DNA from: Microbotryum violaceum
Taxonomy: Eukaryota
DNA: 64,000 nt
Direction: 5' to 3'
Assembly: GCA_001244265.2 (NCBI GenBank)
Contig: LN717261.1
Coordinates: forward strand, 2,247,591-2,311,590
Shown: in pieces, positions 1-11,149 of the stretch
Numbering within the stretch: position 1 is the first letter of the stretch
Layout of the letters: every line of letters starts with the position of its first letter
The notes under the pieces: model-generated
The model's input: only the letters and a program-made list of their open reading frames with translations
Database searches by the model: none
What the model was told of the DNA's origin: nothing
Translations under genes and position numbers: made by a program

Positions 1-1323
1 GTGGCCAAGAAACTCACACTCTGAGGCGGCGAGGTTGGTCTTTGATGGTGAGCAGTAGAGTTTGGCTCGGCGCAGGGCGTCCAGAACTTGGCAAACACGG
101 GCCTCGTGCTCCTCCAGTGTATCGGCGAATATGGTGATGTCGTCAAGGTAGACGAAACAGATGGTGCTGATTAATCCGTGCAGGGCGTCGTTGACACGGC
201 GCTGGTGGGTGGCGGGCGCATTGCAGAGTCCCATGGGCATGACCGTCCATTCGTACAAACCCTAAGGTGTCGCAACAGCGGTCTTTGCTATATCCTCTTC
301 CGCCATCTTGGTCTGAAAGAAGGAGTTAGTCATGTCAATCTTGGCCCAGAAGTGCGCTTTGGAGCACGTCGACAGGATGTCATCGGCCAGGGGCAAGGGT
401 GTGCGGTCCTTGATGGTGTGCCGATTGAGGTGGCGGTAGTCGTTCACCCATCGCGGTGCAATGGTGGGGTCCACATCCGAGCCCTTCTTGGGTATGATGA
501 ACGCCGGCGACGCGTATGGCGAACGTGAGGGGCGAAGACGGCCACTTGCGAGGTGCTTTTGAAGCAGCAGGTACCATGCCTGGCGGTGGCGTTTGGCGAC
601 CGGATAGCCGCGCAGGTTGATCACAGTACGCGGGTTGTCAAGCTCGATATGGTGTCGCACCGGGGATTGGTAGGTGGCAACCGGTGGAATGTCGTCAGGG
701 AAGCGATCAGCGTAAACCGCGCGCAGGCGCCGGTCGAGCGCGGCAAGGCGGAGCTGTTCGTCCTCGTTGATGGGCGCAATGGCGGCCACGGGCGACGTGG
801 CGCGCGGCTGGGACGATAGTTCAAGCAGGTCAATTGGCTCCTCCGGGTTATTCTTACACGTGAGGTGGGGGTGGGGGAAATGACCTAAGTCAATCTTGTG
901 CGTGTAGATGAAGTTGCCTCCAAGAATAAGCTCGAGGTCCCTCCCAAGGGGCGCCAATTCGGTATCACGAAGGGGCAAAGAGATAGGAGAGGTGAGCCGG
1001 ACGTAGGGGCTCGAGGCGAGGGACGAGGGACGAGTCGGCGGTGAGCTGGGGACGGGGGTCCCCCCGAGGCTGGGGTGGTGGTGGGAGCGGGTCGCGTCGT
1101 CGAGCCCGTTGCGAAGGCCGTCGGTCGGGTGTGGGGCCTCTGTTGTAGTCTGTTGTTGGAGGGCGGCAACTTGGGTCGCGATGGCCGCTCGGCGTTGCAA
1201 TGACTCCCCACTCTTCGCGTCCGATCCGTTCGAATACTTGTTAGTCGAACTTCCCGGGTTGGTCCGCCGGTGCATCGCTGTAGACGTCGGTTTCCGACAT
1301 GACCACAGCGGGGGCGGGAGCAT
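1..1323 (-). mobile_element. Ty3/gypsy LTR-retrotransposon pol remnant (end of protease plus reverse transcriptase), interrupted by an in-frame TAG; runs off the window edge
   Basis: The minus frame reads SPYASPAFIIPKK...RWVNDYRHLN...KIDMTNSFFQ...[28 protein letters not shown]...FVYLDDI...EEHEARV...EFLGH. This contains the gypsy RT motifs including YLDD. The stop at 262-264 replaces the usual W of TPWG. LILGGNF resembles the end of the aspartic protease. No LTR was identified. Confidence 0.93.
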
Positions 1324-2720
1324 CGAGGACGAGTCTCTCGAGTGAGAGGTCGGACCATCCAGCTAGCGACGAGACAACATGCGTGCGGAGGAGTCGGCAC
1401 TACATTGGCTGCAATTCAGCAATTCGGGCCTTCTGAATTTCCTCCCCCTCAAAAGTCAATGTATCGACTCAAACGATGCACAAATTCTTGATTTGATGTA
1501 GGAAGCTCAAAAACGGAGTTTCAGGTCACGATGTAGTGATCTGAAGCCGAAGTCTCCAAACTTACACCTGTCTTACTTTATGGGAAAATCCGTCCACCGA
1601 AAATTTTCTCAGGTTTGACTGTACTGAAGACTCCACATGGAATTTGGGCGCCTTCTCGACTCCTGAGTACTGAACCTCGATCGCTGCGGGCTCTAACAGG
1701 CTCTCCTTTCATCGTCCAGCGCAGCAGCCGAGGAGACCCCTGACAACCTGCCAATTGCGGGGGCCCTTGCTACGCAGCATCGCGCTTGCGTAAACGATGC
1801 ATTTCCACCGCTTTGAAAGTCTGCCCCAGAGAGATATGTTGAACACCCTGACACCATTCCTTGCTTCGTACAAAGCGTACAGGCTGGCACGGAACAGTAC
1901 TAGCTTCTGCGTCTTCGTTCACCACCTGTAGGGCGTTCCTCACTCCTAAATTACCTCCCACTGCGCCGACGAAGTCGCTGACCAAGCGTTCGGCCTTGGA
2001 CGTTCACAGCTGCAAGCAGTTCGCCACCACAAAGCCTCTACGTTACTCACCTTGAATAACTCGGAGTGAGTGCCTTGATACATCTGCGCTTGTCGCGACA
2101 TTTTGATTCCTACAAGATAATTGTAAGCGCCGATCCTCGGCAGTTCTTTTCGGCAACACGCCGCTAATTGCATAACTCCCAGGCTCCAGCAGACGCTTTG
2201 CCTCCTTTCGCGCCATCTGCGCCGATCAGCCCTTAAACAAGTGACTTGTCTTTGTCGCAAAGGCATACTGAGACGATCGATGAACTTCTCCATCATAAAT
2301 TGCAGCCCACTGACATCTGCAAACCTTGCCTTAATCGCAAGGCTCCAAATCGTGATCTAAGCTCTTCTGGTTCGTAGTCTCGAAAATTACTGCCACCGCC
2401 ACCACGAGACTCCCAAAGACGGCAATGTCAGGAGCATCGCTTCGGCCCCTCTTTCCGAAGTTTTCAACGTCTTCAGACGCCGACGCCACAGCTCCCGTCC
2501 TATGCCGTTTTGATAAATCAAATTAAAAGAGAGTGTAGGCTTTGACTTCCTCCAATAATTGTAGGCTTTGACTTCCCAAGATGGCAAGGCGCAGTCTGAC
2601 TAAGGAGTCCGGCATATTTGGTCACGACCTGGAACAATCCACATCGTCCAAACTTCCCCCTTTATTGCTATGACACCCTCGATAGATTTTTCTTGGATTT
2701 TTACGTCTATTTTAGGAGCG

Positions 2721-5630
2721 CGCCCCCGGAGGGGGCGACGGGTCCCTGAACCTCTGACGGAGTACATAACACCGACTGACAGCGTCAGCTAGTATTACTA
2801 AGAACGTGTCATGGATCGGGTATGCAGCAACGAGTTCCCGAGTCAGTTCGGTTCACATGAATGAGGCGTGTAAATGTGCCAAACGTTAATGAACCTTGCA
2901 GACAACGAGATCGAGCCAGAGCCGGGGTGTAAATGCATAAGTTGAGATCACTCGACATCGCCCATGTCACAGTGCGCGTCTGGACGAGTTTGTGTTCGCC
3001 TGTGGTCGTCAGCGTTGGGGACCCACATCGCGCGCTCACCGAAGTCAGCTGTAAGAAGTGATTTCAGTTGATGTTGAGAGATCGGGACTTCCGGGAGCGA
3101 CTTGGGCGCGAGATGGCCTGGCTAGGCGTGGTGAATGTGTCCACCGCTGAGAGACATGGGAATCAAATGGCAAGGAGTGTCAGTATTCCCCACAGATCTT
3201 TCACAGTGGGAATAGCGTTACAACCCACGATTAGATGCATTTTTGTCGTTGGCCTAAACGGTATCTGCTTGGTCGAGAATCTTGTCCTTGATGCGCCCAA
3301 AGCTGAGATACCTCGTCATCGCAACGGTGAGTGTAAATCTGCCTGGTTGACGGTGACGGAAGAGGGTGTACATACCGAACGCGTTGACGTTTCCGCGGAT
3401 CTAATTCCTCATGTCGAGCATCTGCGCAGTTGTGCCGTGAATTTTGTCTCCGACACTGTGCAATTCCGCCATAATACGGTTGATATGCTTCTCTGCTTCT
3501 GTTGTTGCCTTGTACCTTTTGGTGTCCTTAATTTTTTTATCATTTCGGACACAACATCCATGTCGATTTCGAGCAGTGCTGCTCCGATTCGAGCCACCTC
3601 TTTGGGGACCCGAAAAGCGAGTTGGCGAAACACTTCTCGTCGGCGGAGCATGTTCGAGACGATGAATGGGAAAGACGGGTCGCATCGAAATCGCTGTCGT
3701 ATAAATTGAACAAATGGTTGACTTGCTCGTCCAGAGAAATCTTGAGGTTGCGCTCGACACAGAAATCGATGAGACCAAATGGATCGAGGTGTGGCCACAG
3801 CTTTGAGAGCACGAGCTCGTCCGAGAGTTCCCACAAAGGGGCGTCGCCTGTCGGAATGACATAGGTGGGCTTGTCCTGGTTGAGATAACGGAGAGCTTTC
3901 TCAAAGAGCAGTCACGAGTGAATTGGTTCGTCGGTAGGGGGTGGCGGCACATGGACGTGTTCGAATACTGGTTCATCAGAGTCGTTATGCAGTGCGTTGT
4001 TGCGTAGCCTTCAAAGAGCGATGATGTTGGTTCCACTGTCTCTGCGGTCACCACATTCGCCAAAACTACGTCGGGCACGAGACCGTCTCCATCCGCGATT
4101 TGTCGATCCGATACTTGGGGAGCAACCCAGACGGAAGCCGAAATCGAAGTGAAAGCTGAAACCGCCGTAGAAGCTGGAGAGGTCGGGTTGAGCGCACCCG
4201 GGCCGGAACTGCGTCGAACGAGCTGTGCAATCGCGCAGAGTGCGCCGAATTCTTGCTTTCGTTGATCAACCACCTGAGCATCTTTTGGATGCGACTCTGC
4301 TTCACGTCATGGGTCGACACTTGTCCAGCTCCGCAAGGTTGGAGCTCCCTCCGCAGAATAAAATGCAAACACACTGTCAGCGAGTTACTCGACTGACATG
4401 GGCAGTACACCGGTGAACGAAGCGGTGTTCTGGCTTAAGATGAGGGTGTTTTCGCGCGTAGGTTCTTGTTGAGCTTTCGGGATATCGGAAACGAGTTAGC
4501 TTGTACACGATCTTGTAGGCTCTGGCGCGCGCAGTGACGAGGTGCTCAAGCTGACTCGCGTTGGAGAAGCAATCTCGGACATCAGCGGAGACGTGATCCA
4601 GTGCGGGATAAAATCGTTGCTAACGACTGAGGGGGCTTAGTTGGTGGCCCTGTGGTAAGAACAGTCGTTTGAAGCAGTCTGAACAGAGCGAGCACTGAAG
4701 CGTGTTGTTCGTCGGCGAGTACGCGATCTGATCGATTAAAGAGTCGCTCGGTCGATGGAGAGGTCGGGGATGGATGAGCGCGCCCCGTCAAGCTGAAAAA
4801 TCGTAAGTCAGAGGTTCGTCCGTAGTGTAGAATTGGTTAATCTCCAAATCCCTGATCCCTCACCCTTGATGTCGTCTTCAGGCACCCATCGTACGTTATG
4901 CCCGAACACTCTCTCGGAACACACCAGGCAGCAGAAGAGACGGGAACGAGCGTCGCTGAAGTAATCATTCTATTCAGAACGGTTCTCGGTCTTGAACTGA
5001 TCGGATGCTGGCGCAAAATGGGATGTCACTTTACCGGGATCTTCTTGTGCGGGTTCGGGATGCAGCGGTGGACGTCTGTGCAGCGTTTGTTTAGAGTCAG
5101 TCGCTGAGACGTTCTCGCGGTACGTCTGGACTTCCTCGTTCAGTCAGGCTCGAAGCACGTCAACAGGTTTTGATGCGTACGCTCTATGGTCGGCACGGAG
5201 AAGCAATGACGACGTGGCCGAGTCACGGGACTCGCCGCTTCGCTTGTTGCATTCTAAAAACATACCCAGTTGAACAAGCATTACAGTGGGGATCGCACGA
5301 CCAAAGGAGCGCTTGTAGGGATAGCTCTTCCGCAAGCGGGTTCCTCCTGGAGTATCCTTCCACGTGATGCGCCCCAAAAAGCTCCAGGAGATCCATGCTG
5401 AAGTTGATGCTGCTGCGCACGAGCTGCCCAAGACTGCATTTGTCAACCACATCATCGAGTGCTGACACTGGACTGTTGCGTAAGAGCGGACCGGAATACA
5501 CATACTGTGCTTGGTCGGTGCGGCGGGAGGATCGGCTGTCGCTAGTGGTGGACGCGAGGCTTAACACGTTGCCGAAATTCGGGCGCTGTGCACTGCAGTG
5601 GGCTGACCTCGATAGTGCGGAGGTGTACAA
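2721..5630 (-). mobile_element. Degenerate Helitron (DUF6570-like and Helitron Rep/helicase N-terminal region) with many stops and frameshifts; helicase domain not seen
   Basis: Minus-strand fragments in order: CSLCSDC; FSNASQLEHLVTARARAYKIVYKL (~4580-4500); QNTASFTGVLP...LADSV; RIQKMLRWL; LWPHLDPFGL...KISLDEQVNHLFNL / DPSFPFIVSNMLRRR (~3830-3640); MRN*IRGNVNAFGMYTLF / VTVNQADLHSP (~3420-3325). These match fungal Helitron motifs as I recall them. A GC hairpin at 2721-2737 lies downstream. Boundaries are approximate. Confidence 0.8.
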
Positions 5631-5745
5631 GATCAGAAAGCAGTGACATGACGGCGGTTGTGTGATAGCCTGTCTTAGAAATGTGAGGAAACTCGGTCCA
5701 AGTTAGAACAAGGCAGTACTACATAATGATCGGCGCGCTTAGCCG

Positions 5746-5882
5746 GGGTCCTCCTATCCGGGGGGCATTGTTCAAACCGATCGGCGCTGAAATCGGGCTC
5801 CCCTATTGCACTCTTAGACAGGGTCCTCCTATCCGGGGTAGCATATTCGCACCAATCGGCGCTGAAATCGGGCTCTCCTATG
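5746..5882. repeat. Imperfect tandem duplication, 75-bp period, 2 copies
   Basis: GGGTCCTCCTATCCGGGG...ATCGGCGCTGAAATCGGGCTC(C/T)CCTAT starts at both 5746 and 5821. Confidence 0.9.
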
Positions 5883-6930
5883 GGACTTCAACAGCCACGC
5901 GCGTGCGGGGTATTTCGGCCATTTCGTCCAATAAAATCTTAGAATAGCATCATTTTCGAGGCTGGGACCGCTCCCCATTTTTCGAAACGAAACCTTCAGC
6001 TCTAACGAGCTTCAGGGATTTTATGTTGCCGTAGCACTGCTGTACGACTACCCCCTATGTCTCTGAAGAGTCTTCAACCTCCCACTAGCTAACCTCCACT
6101 AGCCAACCTCCACACGAACTGTTTCGGTGTCGGTCAAGCTAGTGCCCGGAAGAAGGCACTATGCCAAACTTGCGTCCCCGTTTGAGTCGTTTTGGGTAGT
6201 TGTTGTCGAGACAGCGGACAGTGCGCAATCGATTACATAGGCTCGACGACTGTGCGAACGAACCAAAATGTACCGATACCATTGTGCTCTTGTTAGACAC
6301 AATTACGGACCGGTGACACGTGTCAACATTCACCAAATTGTACATCAGCCGGCGTCAAAGTTGGAACGGGAAATCACTACCTCTACCCCATCATCGGCGA
6401 ACCGATTCAAAGCAGAAAGTCGGGGTCATCACCTTTCAGCCAGTAACACGATTTTATGACTCATGATGGATGACGTGCTCGACCACCCGTCGAACGATTC
6501 TGAACCACCCGCTTAATTCAGGGGCTGTATGCGTTCCGGGACCGAAGCCCCCTCCCCGAAGTCGGCCGAGTGAGCGCGCGATTGGCGGAGGACTCGCTCA
6601 GGTATCTCCTTCTGGCGATGACCGCGTTCGACACTCGGGTAAACTCCAGGTTATTGTGTTGCACGGACTCTCAGTTATCACACGGTGCCTTCCATAGGAA
6701 GGTCCTTAGTCTGCAGTGGTCCACGCCCCACAGAAAATATTGCCCGAGGGCCGGGGCTCGGACGAACCAAAGCGGCCTCACCTCATGGTCTTCGACGCTT
6801 CCAGACTGAACCTCCCCCCCCCCCCCCCCCCCCCCTCTCTCTCTTGATTACCTAGCCATCACATCCCACACCTTCAACCGAACCTCGAAATTGTCATCTC
6901 ATCAATCCGAACGCACGCATCCAAAAAAAA

Positions 6931-7701
6931 ATGCAACTATCTTTCGTCGTCCTACTACTCACTGCAGCCATCAGCTTCGTCGCTGCGTTACCCTTCGATA
7001 GTAATCGCGAACAGCCTCGTACTACGAGTTGCCCCTCGGTGCCATACCCCAAGTCAGTTCGGCCTCAGGCAGTGCAGCTACTGCCAGTGTTGAAGGAGCA
7101 AGCGTTGGGCTCGGGGCTGTATATGATATAAACCATGTTATGGTTGATCACTGAACAAATTATTGCCATGCTACTAACTATTGGGATAGGGAATCCAAGT
7201 CATCCAAGTCTGATCACAAGTGAGTTCTACGACGCGCGACTCAGTCCACTGGATCGCCGATTCGATGACTTACCGTTACTGAAGTCATCATAATGCTACG
7301 AGGTAATCAGCCCATGCTTAGACAACAAAGGCAGTACCTACCCAAACTCAAAGGTGGAAAACCATGCGCCGGCGCAAAGATGTGCGGAGGCACTGGCAAG
7401 GCTACTAGGAGGAGAGGCGTAAGCACGCCGAGAACATCATTCATCCATGTTCTCAACACCGACCTGAGTTCAAATTTCTTTTTACGCCCTGTTGGGCTTC
7501 CATCAACTCGACCTCTTTCGCAGTGACGCAAGACTCAAACGCATTGTCAAAGTAAGGTCGATCACTGAAACTTCGGCCGCTGGCACCCCTGGCACTGCCG
7601 CCTGTCTCGAGGACTCAGTGCACACTTCCAAATACTGGTCGAACAACAAGCCCAGCCAATTTCTTAAACGTGGTGGAGCATTTTCGACCATGTCTTTATG
7701 A
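6931..7701 (+). CDS. Putative small secreted protein, multi-exon, unknown function
   Basis: MQLSFVVLLLTAAISFVAALP looks like a signal peptide and follows an A-rich leader. Later plausible exons (YEVISPCLDNKG...QRCAEALARLLGGE; DARLKRIVK...FSTMSL*) join through a GTAAGC...CAG intron. Internal exons are uncertain. Confidence 0.5.
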
Positions 7702-8213
7702 ACGACTGCGGTAAAGTCCTCTTACTCTAGCGAAAAACTGAACGAGGGTGAACATCAAGAAGCGGCGAGTGACTTTACTCAGGGAGAAGGAGGAGGTCAG
7801 TTTCGACCGAACTTGAAGCCGTCTCGATTGATTTTTCAGTCTAGCCCAACCTATCTGACCTATCTGACTTTATTGTGGGGCCCTGCTCAGTCTCCCGAAA
7901 CCCATAGGGCCTTGGGCCGAAACTCCTCCCCTAGATCCTCAACACCATTCCATGATTCACATGTTTCTTCGTTATTCCCCTGTAATATCTCGCTTGGTTC
8001 TATTTTTCTCCGTCTTCTGTAGATGACTTGAACGCAAACCTCACTCCTGACATGCTCCGTTCGCAGCGTGTACAAGAAAAACTCCGGGTATCAAATCATG
8101 ATCATATTGAAATACCACCAGAAAAAAAAAGAAGAGAAAAAAAAGCCAGAAAGTGCATACAACAAAACCACAAAAGACACAGAAATGTGTCCCCCCACCC
8201 TTTCCCCCCTTCC

Positions 8214-10263
8214 TCACCTCCCACTCTTTTTAAACTTTTTAAAATCAACCTCTTCCCCCACCTGACCCAACAAGTGTCTTCGAGTATAAGCGTTCAGCAA
8301 AACGCCTTTCGGATCGACTCGTTCCCTCACGTTCAAAAAATCCCCCAACTTCGGATACAATTTTTCCAACCCTCTAGTTCCGACTGTATGACTCTTGGCC
8401 CAATGAGGTCGTCCGCCATGTTGAAGTAATATGTTTTCAAAAGCCTTGAACAATTTCTTGTAAGGTACGGGAAGGTTGAATGGTCGATATTGAATCGCTC
8501 CAATGTAAGTCGCGCGTTGACCATAAGTCGGTGATAACCAAACCTCGTCCGCGGCGGTGTAGCGAATTTCGATGGGGAAATGCGAACGAAGACCTTTAGG
8601 ATCGTACAATTGTTCGAGGTGGAAGGTGGAGAGCGATTCGAGGCATTTGCCCGTCTCGAAATAAGGTACGGCACCCTCGTAAGTGTACTGTGGGAAACCG
8701 CAGTCGTAGTTAAAGACCTCAACCGATGAAGCGACGCGATATGTAGGGGTCGTCAAAAGGGGCAAGAGGATGTTTTTAGTCAGAGGGACCTCCCCGGCGT
8801 CCGAAAGAGGGGGACTTGGTAACGGTGCTACCTCGACGGTCGGATGCGACGACTCCTTCTCGTCCAAGATAAAGGTAGGTCTTGTAGTCGTCGTTTCGTA
8901 AGAGCTCGCTACCGTCGGCCAAACAGGCCGGAGCAGATCGGCGATGCGAAGTGGCGCAGGCCGATGGACGAGCGCCCACATGACATTGGCGTGATAAGGC
9001 AAGATGTTGGGGAAGAAGCGCGCAATAGCGAGCACCACGGCGTGAAAATGTTTGGCCAGGACGACGTCGAACCAATACGTCTTGAACCGAGACGGTAGCG
9101 CAGTCAGGGTCTGTGGAACGAAAGCTCAAGTTGGCTCTTGGACATCGCTTACTGGGACGAGCGGGTCTTGATAACCTACCTTGTCAGTCCTGTTCAATCT
9201 GGACACTTTGACCTGCCCAACTTGCGGGAACCACCAACACCGGACATGCTCGGCTGATTCGGCAATTTCCTGCCACCGCTCGACGAAATCTGCGAACGAG
9301 ATCGTCCACAATTCCTCCTCAAGGTTGAAAGCACGTTCGCATCGCATGCAGACACCGACGATGACACCGACGAGACCTAGGCCACAAGCGGCGGCGTAGA
9401 ACAGATCCGAATCGTGGTCTTTGGACACTCGAACGAGCGGTGCACCAGGGGTCGGCAGGACGAGTTCGAAAAACTCGACGCAAGATGAGAGATTGCCATA
9501 GTTGACTCCCGAGCCGTGTGTTGCGGTGGAGAGACAGCCGGCTAATGTTTGGTCCGAGATGGAACCGAGCGACGAGATGGCAAGGTCGTGCTCGCGCAGG
9601 ATCGGATGCAACGCCGAGAGCTTGATCCCTCCCTCGGCATGAAATTTGGTGTTGGTGGTGTCGATCTGGGTTCGGGGATCAATACGAGCGTCTCAGCTTT
9701 GGCCACTTGATTGGAATGGTTGTCGATTGTGAAGCGTCGAATTCTGACCCAAGTGCGTGCCAGTAATCGTTCGAAAGCAGCCCTCAATGATGAGGACGAC
9801 GACCAAGATCGCACGGCACGAAGGGGGTTCGCCATCGCGTGCGCGACCTTTGCCGATCGATCGACGTTTCGGAGACCGACGGGACATTCGAGGGACGATG
9901 AAGGATGAACGGTGACGCACTAAAGCTCACCTCAAGAACCGTGTCCAGTCGATCGAGGTTGATGATATACCCCTCGGTGCAGACCAAGTCACTCGGCGAA
10001 TGGCCGCTTCCCGAAGCCCTCAACTCGACGCCTTCCCTCCTCGCCAACTCGACCACGTAGCGCACCTCGTCGACGGTTCTAGGTCGGAACAAGGACAAAG
10101 TTTGGCACGAGTAGGTCGTGGCCCAATTGGTAAAGATCGATCGGGAGGATGAGGGCAGCGATCGGATCGGGGCGACGAGCTTGATTAGCTCCAAGGTGGC
10201 GAGATGGGCCAGTGAGGCACGCTCGGTAGAGGCGGTCTTGTTGGTTGTACTGATGGGGCCCAT
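8214..10263 (-). CDS. ALO1: D-arabinono-1,4-lactone oxidase / L-gulonolactone oxidase (FAD-linked), multi-exon
   Basis: Motifs: FTNWATTY; GSGHSPSDL (covalent FAD His); LGSISDQTLAGCLSTATHGSG; HFPIEIRY; GGRPHWAK; DPKGVLLN. Confidence 0.93.
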
Positions 10264-11149
10264 AGTTGCGGTGTTGTTGCGACTCGAATACTGTGGGGAA
10301 CGGGCAACCGGGGAATGGGGTCGGAGTAGCTGGTGTGGCGTGGGGGCAGATGGAGCAACGCCAAGATGGCGCACTGCATTCGCAAGTCGGCGATGCGGGT
10401 GTCCAGCGATGTTCAACTCGATTTCGTAATCGGCGCGCGGCTGCGTTCGCCACTGGTCCGAGCTGGTGTCGGCCTCGGCACGTGGGCGATCACCGGATCA
10501 CCAAACGCCGCCCCTTCCCCTTGCACCTCTCGCTCGCATCACTGCCCGACAGAAGAGAGTGATTTGAGTCCTCAGAATAGGAGGCAACCTCATATCCAAT
10601 AACTCAGATCGTATTCGACCCAGAACAAAACAAATGATGGCTAGACAAGATCCATAAAAGAAACATGAAAATATGAATATCGGACCGATTGCTGACGGCA
10701 GAGTGGTAAGAGGCCAGATATATGTACTGACGAGATTCTGACTCTTGTCACCATTGCGGTGTACCCTTGTGCGCGCAACCACGATCCAACCGATGCACTG
10801 CCACTATAGTTCGTCCGCGAAGGTATGGAAGCTATCTAACTCATCTGTCCTGACATTCAAAAAGAATCCAGAGCGAGGTCCCAAAAAATAAACAAAAATG
10901 CCGACACGAGTGCACGAACTTGTTCGCATCCGCACGAATCAAGGCTCTCCCTAACAATCGCTTCTAGCCTATATCGGTGCATCACCTTCACCATTTAAAA
11001 TTACACCCCTACCTAGGTCTTCTACACGTCGTCGAAAACCCATATTCATTAACCCATAACCCCGAGACGAAAGAAAGACGGAGCGAAAACGACGGGCTAG
11101 AAAAAAGGATTCGTCGTCATTGAGTTCTCCGCTTTCTCCGTTCTCCCGT

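Noticed and set aside
1400-2700. LTR or gene between the gypsy and Helitron remnants
   Set aside because: No second LTR copy, PBS or recognisable protein motif is visible.
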